Source of the DNA: Candidatus Bathyarchaeota archaeon
GTDB lineage: Archaea > Thermoproteota > Bathyarchaeia > 40CM-2-53-6
Direction of reading: 5' to 3'
DNA: 64,000 nt
Assembly (NCBI GenBank): GCA_963733055.1
Contig: CAVTBR010000001.1
Span: 192,001 to 256,000, forward strand
Position numbers and translations under genes: made by a program. Of the stretch, positions 31,557 through 40,139 are shown piece by piece (position 1 is the stretch's first letter; the number at the start of each line of letters is the position of its first letter). The notes under the pieces were generated by a model. That model saw only the letters and a list, made by a program, of their open reading frames with translations. It had not been told where the DNA came from and made no database searches.

Positions 31557-31668
31557 GCCTCGGTGGCTCAGCCTGGTAGATTACCTGTACGGTAACTGGG
31601 AAGCGGCCGCCTCGTAACTAAGGCAAGATAGCGGCAGGTCGCGGGTTCAAACCCCGCCCGAGGCTCCA
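31557..31668 (+). tRNA. tRNA-Thr(CGU) with two introns (31580-31601 at about 22/23; 31617-31629 at 37/38)
   Basis: GCCTCGG/CCGAGGC acceptor stem, GCCGC-CTCGTAA-GCGGC anticodon arm, GGTTCAAAC T-loop, T-CCA end; 77 nt after splicing. Confidence 0.9.
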
Positions 31669-31695
31669 CCATCCGTTTAACGAGCAAAATTTCAA

Positions 31696-31821
31696 TGTGT
31701 TACTGTCGGTTGTAGAAGTTCATGTCGTTTTGGAGAACTGATTGTCGTTTTGCGGAATACTAAATGTCGTCGCAATTTGGAATATTAAATGTCGGAGTTT
31801 GATTCCGTCAGTGAATTGTCG
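31696..31821. repeat. Transposon end: array of putative TnsB-binding repeats
   Basis: TGTCG cores at 31704, 31723, 31743, 31765, 31790 and 31817; the first three read TGTCG(G/T)TT..GAA with 19-20 bp spacing; TGT at 31696, 31698 and 31704 are candidate termini. Confidence 0.75.
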
Positions 31822-32099
31822 CGTCCAATTGGAACAAGCGGCGGTCCAAGATTTTATAATCCGTGCCAATCCAAGAGTCGGGAATCTTGAGGGCTTTGTC
31901 AAGTCCTTGGTTGGTATTTTCACCTGTAAACTTCCGTTTGGTGCTGTGCGGGGGCTTGTGCTTGCACATTATAAGCCTGTAGAGGTAGCCGTCTCGGTCG
32001 GCATGGGTTTCGAAGTGGTTCTGCATATGACTCAGTGATTTCAGAGTACAGACATTAATTGCATATTGTTAATTTCTGTGATGATGAACGGCCACTAAT

Positions 32100-33159
32100 T
32101 TAGACGTTCATCGTTAGTGGCTTGCGATGATCGCTGAGGCATGGAAGATTTGAACTAATTAAATACGAAGATAGTTCAAATTTCCTAAGGAATTTTGGAA
32201 TTCTGTGCGTATATCCATTGTGGGTGAGGTAATTGAACAAGGTAGGATATGAAGTGCGACCAACACATTGACTACCATCGATATGTTGATGATGGGTCAA
32301 ATCGACCAATTGTTCGAGTTCGGCAGAGTCATTCAACACCCCCCAAGCTTGGCCGAGCAAGTCGTAGAAGAGACGCGGATCACACACTTCCTTAGGATAA
32401 TTGTCGAAGTTGGCCATAGCCCCTAGAGATAGGATCACAAACCTCAAAGCGTCGAATAGGTCAGCTACTGTGCCGTCAAAGAGGCACTGTCTGGGAATTC
32501 TCCTGCAGTTTAGCGACTTTAGAAGACCCTTAACCGCAACATAACCAAGGTCGTTAGGATTAACAGCCTTAGTGACCGTGTTCGCGAGCGGAAATCCACA
32601 ACGTGCACATTTGCCTATATCGAAGGTCGGATTTTCATCAAAGGGGTCCAACTGATTGTGGCAGTGGCCACATTCGGAAGCTAGGAGTACGTTGTGCGAG
32701 ACGCAGATAGGTGCAATCCTTAACCTCCAAAACAGACGCAGGTACGGCGTCCTGTCGTGCGCGAAACAGAGCGGACAGTACCATCTTCCATCCCGCCGAG
32801 GAACGATCCAATGAAATGCGCAGATGGCAGTCCTCTTAGCTCCTTTCGTCTCGCTGCGAATTTTGATTACATGCTTGAATGAATGTAAGGTCATTTGTTG
32901 AACAGCGTTCGGCGCCGAGGTAGCGTGCAACAACTTCGTAAGGTCCTCCGTTTGCTTCACTCAAGAAGTCAAGGTCGAACGTAACGCGCTCTTTTCGGCC
33001 CCAGTTGGATGTAGGGATTTTCAGATAGGTGGCCGCGAAATTCGCCGTAGAATAGCAGTTGCCATTGGCTAGCCTAGTAATCCATGATTCCAAGGATTCT
33101 CCGGCCAGAGGTTGCGGATGAATTGGCCCGAATTGATCTGATGCCATTTCTACCAACAA
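32100..33159 (-). CDS. tniQ: TniQ family protein 1; split by a +1 frameshift near 32955
   Basis: PIHPQPLAGESLESWITRLA (first ORF); WYCPLC, WRL..CVSH, CGHC, CARCG Zn motifs (second ORF). Confidence 0.85.
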
Positions 33160-33186
33160 GGAAACTACGCCAACACTTGCTGGAGA

Positions 33187-34197
33187 TTATCGTATGGTCC
33201 GCAAGGCGTAACGCTCCGAGGCGATTTTCAGGTGGCGATCCATTATTTGCTCTGATTCATCTTTCAGGGCATTGATTGCCGCCGTTTTTACGAGCTTAAG
33301 AATGTTAACTAAGACACCACCTCTTCCACTCGCATCTAGAGACTTGGAGAGGTCGACAATGAGATGAGCCTTTTCCTTTTTGTATAAGCAACTTGCCTTC
33401 TTGAGTGACAGTGTGGATTCAAGTTCCCACAAGAAGTGGCTTAAGTGACGCCCCTCCGTCCACAGCGGTAGCTTCGACACTTCCAGTCTAGTAGTTAGCG
33501 ATTCTTCATCACCAAAAACGATCCCTGCTTCCTCGCTCCCAGCAAAGACTATTGGAATTCGGAGGTAGTTGGAAATATTCCTAATCGCGAATAAGGCTTC
33601 AGATTTCTTCTTTCCACCGTGCAACATGTTGTTTACGTCATCTATCATGAGAAGCCTCACGCGACAGGTGAAGAGTGCGGTAAGGACTCTTCTCTGCTTA
33701 GAGACGACGCTCCCCGCGTCCCAATCCGAATATCCGAACGGTTGAAGGATTGTAGACAATAATTTTCCTTCACCTCCGTTCACCGGAGCGGTCGTTCTAA
33801 GTATGGGTATGATCTCAACGCCGGGCTCGCTTTGTCGCGGGTGTCGGCGTTCGCATTCGTTCAACAGGGCGCTCTTGCCGTTCCCCGGTGCTCCTGTCAG
33901 AAGGACCTTCTGAGTCTCGCCTTGATTGTTGGCTAATTTTTTTCGTCGCGGGTTCCTTTTTTCAAATTCATGAAGCAGTGCGGTCTTTCCATTTCCTGGA
34001 ACGCCGGTAAGCAAAATGTTTTGCGGGCGTAGCGTTCGTGGACGCGACAACAGTTCTTCGAACAGAGAAAGGACAGCGTTCCCTTGTGGGTATGGAATGA
34101 AACTGTCTTCCCAGATCGCTCTAATTCGCTCTTTTAGAGACCAGTTCAGCGTCTTGGCTGTCTTGTCTAGGAGATGTTCATAACCCAATTTTAGCAC
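33187..34197 (-). CDS. tnsC: TnsC/TniB AAA+ ATPase with a tandemly duplicated Walker A segment
   Basis: FIPYP, GVPGNGKT and GAPGNGKS, LLMIDD Walker B, LPLW; overlaps the tnsAB stop. Confidence 0.9.
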   Translation of the reverse strand: MLKLGYEHLLDKTAKTLNWSLKERIRAIWEDSFIPYPQGNAVLSLFEELLSRPRTLRPQNILLTGVPGNGKTALLHEFEKRNPRRKKLANNQGETQKVLLTGAPGNGKSALLNECERRHPRQSEPGVEIIPILRTTAPVNGGEGKLLSTILQPFGYSDWDAGSVVSKQRRVLTALFTCRVRLLMIDDVNNMLHGGKKKSEALFAIRNISNYLRIPIVFAGSEEAGIVFGDEESLTTRLEVSKLPLWTEGRHLSHFLWELESTLSLKKASCLYKKEKAHLIVDLSKSLDASGRGGVLVNILKLVKTAAINALKDESEQIMDRHLKIASERYALRTIR

Positions 34198-36806
34198 TCC
34201 TTTGAGTGGAAGGAGGTTCGAATCTTGGCGTGTTGGTTTTTTGCCGGCGGTTGGTACTCGTCACCGTCGGTTTCCATTGATAGCTTAGGCTCGTTAGTTT
34301 GTGTGATCTTGAATTCATCCGCGATTTCGCGATTCCTTCGTGCGATTTCTGTTTCTTTTCGGACTTTCTTGGTTAAAGAAACCGCATTTTCAACTATCGC
34401 TTGACTTTCCTCATACTGAGAGAAGACGATGCTTGCGGAGGGGCCACGAATTCCCCTCTTTGCTAGGTTTCGTCTGGAAATTTCCCATCTTGTAAGGGGA
34501 ATCGGCTCGTGGTAAATTGTTGTTGAGGGAATTCTGTAGTGCACTTTTTCTTTGGTATCCAGAATCCAGATATGCCGAATGTCCCAGGGATCGTATTTGA
34601 TTGCATGAGCTAGGCTGTTGCCTCTATTGTCCTCACGCGAGAACCTAGCCAGTTTATCTGAATAGTACGTCAAACCTGCGAAATGCACGCCGTCTTTTTG
34701 TATTGTTCGATCTTCCGCGGGAAGAAAGTCTAAGCGGAATTTCTGTTGGTCTTCGAGGTCAAGTTGCCTGGGCATTCCATATTCTTCCACGCCATGTTGC
34801 CATTTCTCTAGTGGAGTCATTCCTCCAAGTTCTTTTTGCGGTGTATGATGATACTGGTCAATGGACTTGACGAAGAAGGTTTCAAACTCATCTTGAGTGA
34901 GGCAAGCTTCTTTTTCAGAATGATACTCACCTCTCTCTTTCACGCTAGACTTTGTTGTACCAGGAAGAGTATGGATGAATTCTCTTTGCAGCGTTCCAAT
35001 AACTCGCTCCACAAGCCCTCCAAATCTTGGATTCCTTAATGGCCTATGTATGATTTGGATGCCCCACGCCGCGCAGCCAGCCAATATGAGATTGGCTGTG
35101 AATTCTTTCGCATTATCGAAATGTAGACCTGCCGGGATGCCGTGGACCGGCCACTCAATTCCGTGTTTGAGAGCGATTTCATCTTTGGGCATGGCGCACA
35201 TCAAGAGAGCAATCCCAACCAGGTAAGCGCTGGGCCTTGCCAGGCTGAAATAGAATCCGGCTAGCATGTGACTGTAAACGTCTATCATTGGCATCACGAA
35301 GGGTCGCCCAACCGATTGCCGCGTTTCAGCGTCAACCAGTATTACGTCCCCAGGCGTGTGATCTACCATGACGGTCTCCAGCGGACGTTGACCCAGGGTA
35401 GATTTGCTCCCAAAAGTGCTGAACCTATTCTCGGCTGCCTGCGAACCTTCACGCGCCTGAGCTTTCGCGCGGGGCTCGATTTCGTTAATTCTATTGTAGA
35501 ACGTTTTCAGGTTAGGGAATTCTAGGTGGTCTTTCTCGGGAAGAACCTTGTTTATCTGTGCGATTGCTTGGGTCAAATGATTGTATGTAGCTACCTTACT
35601 CTTCTTCTGGAGGGTTAAGTAGTGGGTCTCAATTGTCTTGGACATTAATTCGTCTACACGGGGATGAATTCTATGTTTTCCTTTCCCGCCTCGCGTTTCC
35701 GAAGGAAGTAGTCCAGAAGGACCGTGCTCTCTGTAGCTTCGGACTAGTCTCTCAACCTGTCTAGTACTCAGGCGGAGGTACTCGCCGACGTCCGAGCCAA
35801 GTGAGCTTGGCATGCGACCGAGGCGAACTAGGCCCCCAATGATCTCAAGACGTTCTATGAACTTGACGTATTCTTCAGGATCTCGCTGTTGTAGAGCATA
35901 TGCACTTAGCCTTCCTCCTGGGGTGTAATAGGTGTCTGCGCTTACACGATACTCTTCGCCACTTTCCAAACTTTTGATCAGGATACTTTCGGGAATTGTG
36001 TCATCGAGGATTTCATACTTGTGACCTGAGAATTCTATGTCCTTCTGTCCATTTCTGTAGTTACCTCCTTCTTTACCCATATATCGTAGCGGATGAGTCT
36101 CGATCCGTTTCAATAGTTTTTCAAATGGTATTAGGAAGTTTAATGTGCCGACGTTACTTGATTTCAGGGAAACCGTCGCGTCGTCAAGATGTAATGTCGG
36201 CGTTTCCACTATTGATAATCTGTGATCGAAAAGCAGTTTGCAGACTAGCGACCTTCGATCGGACACGGCTAGCTTTGATGAGCATTTTGCCGTAAGTGTT
36301 CTTACCTTTGCTGACGTCGTCTCGTGCAGTGGGGACAGTATTTCCTCTGCTGCGCGGTGGTCGGGCTGATTGATTCTACCTCGGTCATTGACCAGCCTGA
36401 GTATTGCGAGGCGATTTCTCAGCTCGTTGCGCGTAGCGTCTGTGAAAAATGCGTAAACGAATCCGTTGTCGCGACATTCGTTATGAGTTGTGGAGAACAG
36501 TGGAAACCAAGCTGGCCAATTTCTTACCAATTCTAATTCGTACTTAACGTCCACGACGTAATTCGGCGCTATACTCCTCAACAATGTAGCATCGAGAACA
36601 TGTCTCCCGATTCTCGGAGATTGAGGAATTATCTTCTCGATTGTTGGATTATCATCGCATAGGAGGAGGTGGTCATATTCGAGCCAAGATTCATATGCGA
36701 ATGGAGTTTCCATCCGTGACATATAGTAACCTGTAACTGACCTTGTGTTTGGACGGATCCTTCTAAGTGTTTGATCATAGCGATTTACTACAGGGGCCAT
36801 ACACAT
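34191..36806 (-). CDS. tnsAB: TnsA-TnsB fusion transposase
   Basis: N-terminal SVTG..YESWLE...LD...VDVK (TnsA endonuclease); HTH LSTRQVERLV; DDE triad VDHT / FDNAKEF / VERVIG; Mu-C RTIQKDGV, YDPWDI. Confidence 0.9.
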   Translation of the reverse strand: MCMAPVVNRYDQTLRRIRPNTRSVTGYYMSRMETPFAYESWLEYDHLLLCDDNPTIEKIIPQSPRIGRHVLDATLLRSIAPNYVVDVKYELELVRNWPAWFPLFSTTHNECRDNGFVYAFFTDATRNELRNRLAILRLVNDRGRINQPDHRAAEEILSPLHETTSAKVRTLTAKCSSKLAVSDRRSLVCKLLFDHRLSIVETPTLHLDDATVSLKSSNVGTLNFLIPFEKLLKRIETHPLRYMGKEGGNYRNGQKDIEFSGHKYEILDDTIPESILIKSLESGEEYRVSADTYYTPGGRLSAYALQQRDPEEYVKFIERLEIIGGLVRLGRMPSSLGSDVGEYLRLSTRQVERLVRSYREHGPSGLLPSETRGGKGKHRIHPRVDELMSKTIETHYLTLQKKSKVATYNHLTQAIAQINKVLPEKDHLEFPNLKTFYNRINEIEPRAKAQAREGSQAAENRFSTFGSKSTLGQRPLETVMVDHTPGDVILVDAETRQSVGRPFVMPMIDVYSHMLAGFYFSLARPSAYLVGIALLMCAMPKDEIALKHGIEWPVHGIPAGLHFDNAKEFTANLILAGCAAWGIQIIHRPLRNPRFGGLVERVIGTLQREFIHTLPGTTKSSVKERGEYHSEKEACLTQDEFETFFVKSIDQYHHTPQKELGGMTPLEKWQHGVEEYGMPRQLDLEDQQKFRLDFLPAEDRTIQKDGVHFAGLTYYSDKLARFSREDNRGNSLAHAIKYDPWDIRHIWILDTKEKVHYRIPSTTIYHEPIPLTRWEISRRNLAKRGIRGPSASIVFSQYEESQAIVENAVSLTKKVRKETEIARRNREIADEFKITQTNEPKLSMETDGDEYQPPAKNQHAKIRTSFHSKEC

Positions 36807-36816
36807 AGAGTATTTC

Positions 36817-36885
36817 TCACTCGCCTAGAGTGAATACCGCAACTATATAAGGTCTATTACACATTAAGTATGTGTTGTGCACACA
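36817..36885. promoter_or_regulatory. Divergent promoter region between tnsAB and the HTH gene
   Basis: TCACTC-N5-GAGTGA (36817-36833), TATATAA (36844-36850), TGTGT-N5-ACACA (36871-36885). Confidence 0.45.
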
Positions 36886-36889
36886 GAGT

Positions 36890-37648
36890 ATGACTGAAGA
36901 TTTATCCACGAGCCCATTGCTGGCGAGACTACTTCGCCTTGTAAGAACATCTCCTTCAGGAATAACATCAAGCCAAGCGGCAAAGCAATTGGGAAAACAA
37001 TTGGCCAGCGTCTATGCAGGCTTATCTCAGCTTCAAGAGAGAGGTTTGATCGATATAGGGGAGTCCATCGATAAACGTGAAACGGTTTTCGTGATATCCA
37101 GCGAATCTAAGAGACGCAAAGCTGACTCGATTCTCTCAGATCTAAAGTCAGTTAAATTAACTGGAAAATCGCTGCACTACGTAATGTCAGATTTTGAAGA
37201 GAGAATAACCAGCCGGCTCAACAAAACTCTGCCAGACAGCAAGGTGCAGCAATCAGGAAGAGATGACCTGCCCAACATTATCATATCCTGCGATAACAAA
37301 TTTCATGGCGTAGACCTTTACCCTGGATATCAATGGCACACAGCCCAGGCAGATCGCGCGTCTGGAAAACTCATGCGATTGGGTGCAACCCTCACATTCA
37401 GATCCCTGCACGGGGTGATTCTTGGTAAGCCTGAGGGAGAACCTGAGCCCGATTCACACTTCTCAAGCCTTCAGTACTTAAGACATTATGAATACGTAGG
37501 AAAGGAGTTGTCAACACGCTTCAACGTGATTATTGTTCCAGAAATCGATATCTTTGCTTTGCTGCCGGAAGACGAAGAGCTCGACAGAATAATTACAACC
37601 AAGATCGCAAAGCCTATTGCAGCGCGATGTAACGAATGGAACTCCTAG
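36890..37648 (+). CDS. Winged-HTH protein with an unknown C-terminal domain, putative transposon regulator
   Basis: GITSSQAAKQLGKQLASVYAGLSQLQERGLI; divergent from tnsAB. Confidence 0.65.
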   Translation: MTEDLSTSPLLARLLRLVRTSPSGITSSQAAKQLGKQLASVYAGLSQLQERGLIDIGESIDKRETVFVISSESKRRKADSILSDLKSVKLTGKSLHYVMSDFEERITSRLNKTLPDSKVQQSGRDDLPNIIISCDNKFHGVDLYPGYQWHTAQADRASGKLMRLGATLTFRSLHGVILGKPEGEPEPDSHFSSLQYLRHYEYVGKELSTRFNVIIVPEIDIFALLPEDEELDRIITTKIAKPIAARCNEWNS

Positions 37649-37688
37649 ACCATTTCAATTTCTTCGTTTAATAGCATCCTGCAATCGA

Positions 37689-38906
37689 CTACGTCCGGTT
37701 GCATTTCAGATATCGATGAGACCTTCCTAGATACGTTGCAATCGCCCCTACCGATGGATTGAGGCCCCTTTCCCGCAACATTCTGATGGCGTTTTGGATC
37801 TCCGCTTCTTTCCTAAGTCTGAACCTGCTCTGTCCCTCGAGTACTATCGCATTCACTCTTGCGTCGCTCTTCACACGCCCGAAACTGACTTCAGCAATTC
37901 TAGAGACAGCTCTCAGAGAGATAGGCGCATTCGTTTCCAGTAAATCTTGGACTGCCTGTCCTACTCTATCTTGGGGTGAACGATCTTTGACATTACGTGA
38001 ATTTTCGATCTTAGATTCAACGTTGATCCGTTCTTGTTCGATCCCATTGCGGATGAGATGGACTAGTTTCTTGGGCAAATGGATGCCATACTCAGCTTGT
38101 AGTCTTTTGAATCTAGCTTTGTTGGCACGCACAAACGTCTCTATATTTTTGGGCCAGTTTTCAACAAGACCAAGTGCTCTTTCAATCAATAGCGCCGCGA
38201 CAGCCTCATTCTCCCGCCAATCGAAAGGCGGTTTGGTAGGAAAACCGTGGGATTTCAGAGACTCAATCCAAGACGGTTCGCGTTGCAGGTAGAGATTCAG
38301 GTATCTCACTAGGGCAAGAAGGACAAGGAAACAATCCTGTGCACTCTCCGGCCAACCAAAGCTCTCGAAGAGAGCTTGCGATTCGAGAATTTGAATTCCC
38401 CAAGAACCGAGCCGTGACAACCGCGGGCAATTGATTGGCCTAACCAGGGGCCTTGCTGTCAGATCAGTCGTACCTCTCGCAGAGCTCCTTTGCAGGACTA
38501 CCCCGTGACGACTGCAGACAGGAAGGAACAAAAGTCGCCACACAAGCCTCGGGTAGGATCCTTCCGTTTGTAAGCAGGCCGGACAGTACCTGATTACCTC
38601 TCGCGAAGAAACCCAACCTTTTCGATCCATTACATTATAGGGCTCAGAGATTACGTCCCTCCATGGCGTTAATGCCATCCTCCACAACTTGTCGATTCCA
38701 CCTTGGACATGTGCCACGTTGGCGAGTATGTTCAGGTCACCTCGTTTCAGGAAATCGAGATCTCTGTATCTCCAGTCAGCCTCATTGAGGTACCATGACA
38801 GCAGCTGTCGAATCGTGATGCCGTTAGATATTGCAATCCGGTTGATCCACGATGTGATCGACTCACCTTCACGAGGTTGCGGGTGTATAGGGAGGCGCCC
38901 ATCCAC
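37689..38906 (-). CDS. tniQ: TniQ/TnsD-like protein 2 with two C-terminal HTH repeats
   Basis: LPIHPQPREGESITSWINRIA, RYCPACL, WRL..CSRH; C-terminal ISLRAVSRIAEVS and PSVGAIATYLGRS. Confidence 0.85.
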   Translation of the reverse strand: MDGRLPIHPQPREGESITSWINRIAISNGITIRQLLSWYLNEADWRYRDLDFLKRGDLNILANVAHVQGGIDKLWRMALTPWRDVISEPYNVMDRKGWVSSREVIRYCPACLQTEGSYPRLVWRLLFLPVCSRHGVVLQRSSARGTTDLTARPLVRPINCPRLSRLGSWGIQILESQALFESFGWPESAQDCFLVLLALVRYLNLYLQREPSWIESLKSHGFPTKPPFDWRENEAVAALLIERALGLVENWPKNIETFVRANKARFKRLQAEYGIHLPKKLVHLIRNGIEQERINVESKIENSRNVKDRSPQDRVGQAVQDLLETNAPISLRAVSRIAEVSFGRVKSDARVNAIVLEGQSRFRLRKEAEIQNAIRMLRERGLNPSVGAIATYLGRSHRYLKCNRT

Positions 38907-39603
38907 TCAGGCCTTCCCTCCCTTGGCTGGGCAAATTTGAACGAATGGGCAGTACCTGCACCAAGTGGAAGGCTCAGGTTCAGGAATGACAGATGCCTGG
39001 AATGCTCGATGAAGGGTCGTCGCTCGCTTGATCATCCATTCCTTGCGGTTCCCGAGTGGGACTTCTTTAGGAATAATTTCCTTGTCGTCCGCGTAAATCA
39101 ATACCAGCCGATTAACCGCGATCCCATATCGTTCGAGTAGTGTGGCGTAACATTGAACCTGCTCGATGTGGTTCTCGCGTGGGATGTGCCCTTTCTCTGC
39201 TTGCCACCGTGCAAATCGAGTTGTCTTTAGGTCGTAGACGGTCGCGGTCTCAGGCTCGAATGCGTCAACGTATCCGACGACAGTGATGGTCGCATCGCCG
39301 AGTTGGAACGACATTTTGACACGTAGCTCGCTCCAGCCGAGAGACCTGACCGTGTAATGGAGTAGAGTGCCACGAAGTTTAGCCCATGCAGACCCGACGG
39401 GTTCGTTCACGGGGGAGGTTGTTGCGAAGTATGCTTTCGCTGGGCAGTTCGTGAGAGTTGAAACGTGATAGGTGTTAGGTTGCGGTGGAAATCGTTGCCA
39501 TGTCATTCGACTCCAGAACGAGGCTGGAAGCAGTTCGTTGCAGTAGGGACAGTTGAGTACGTCACGATTATGAGAACATGTCAGTGAAATTGCGAGATTT
39601 CAT
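38907..39603 (-). CDS. Cas4-like PD-(D/E)XK nuclease with four Fe-S cysteines; probable +1 frameshift just after ATG-39603
   Basis: NCP, RGTLLH, GYVD, YDLKT, QVQCY, CRYCPFVQIC; GGAGG RBS before ATG 39603; its stop directly abuts the tniQ2 start. Confidence 0.8.
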
Positions 39604-39840
39604 ATCCTCCTATCTCTCTAACCTAAGCTATAGTTCGATGACCTTCGCCCGTACACCGAGTATAACCCGGATCTCTTCGGCAACTTCCCAGGCATTACGC
39701 TTCTTTACTTCGACAATTACAATTGCTGTCCCGTGCGTTGTTTCAATACCATCAGTTACCAATCGTTACCATCCTTCACCACATTCTATCAGGCAACCTC
39801 TATAAGTCTTATGGTGATTACATCATGTGGATGGTGAACT

Positions 39841-40020
39841 GTGGTGGCCGGAGAAGTAGAGGTCGCATTTGTCAAGGTTCAGCCGCAAGCCAGAGGCAAC
39901 TATATGGTAACGGTCCCTAGCGAAGCAGTCAAAATGCTTGGAATCAAGGACAACGAGAGGACCAAGGTGTACGTTGACAAGGAAAAGAAGAGAATCATAT
40001 TCGAACTGGTTAAACCCTGA
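39841..40020 (+). CDS. AbrB/MazE/SpoVT-family DNA-binding microprotein (not in ORF track)
   Basis: FVKVQPQARGNYMVTVPSEAVKMLGIKDNERTKVYVDKEKKRIIFELVKP. Confidence 0.75.
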   Translation: MVAGEVEVAFVKVQPQARGNYMVTVPSEAVKMLGIKDNERTKVYVDKEKKRIIFELVKP

Positions 40021-40139
40021 CTGTCACTAAGGAGTGTGTGCAACGGCAACGGTGGTTGACAAATGCACTTTGTTTTATCCTAACGCTAGCTCTACCACCT
40101 TTTTTCATTTAGAAGCTGTCTTCCTTAACTGTACTCGTA

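Larger units (their letters stand above)
31696..40020 (-). mobile_element. Tn7-like transposon core (distal end not located; the element may extend further)
   Basis: tnsAB, tnsC, two tniQ genes and an end-repeat array next to a tRNA. Confidence 0.85.

Noticed and set aside
31704-31821. TGTCG repeats as a CRISPR mini-array for the Cas4-like gene
   Set aside because: Units are only 19-27 bp with a short degenerate core and no repeat-spacer structure; they fit transposase-binding sites better
31808-32026. 72-aa ORF as a frameshifted C-terminal extension of TniQ1
   Set aside because: Its frame has a stop near 32070, so a single indel cannot bridge it, and it overlaps the end repeats
32100-33159. 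Programmed frameshifting in tniQ1
   Set aside because: No clear slippery heptamer, and the same +1 pattern occurs in unrelated genes in this window
31696-40020. Calling the element a CAST or a casposon
   Set aside because: No cas5/6/7/8, cas12k, cas1, PolB or CRISPR array is visible in the window
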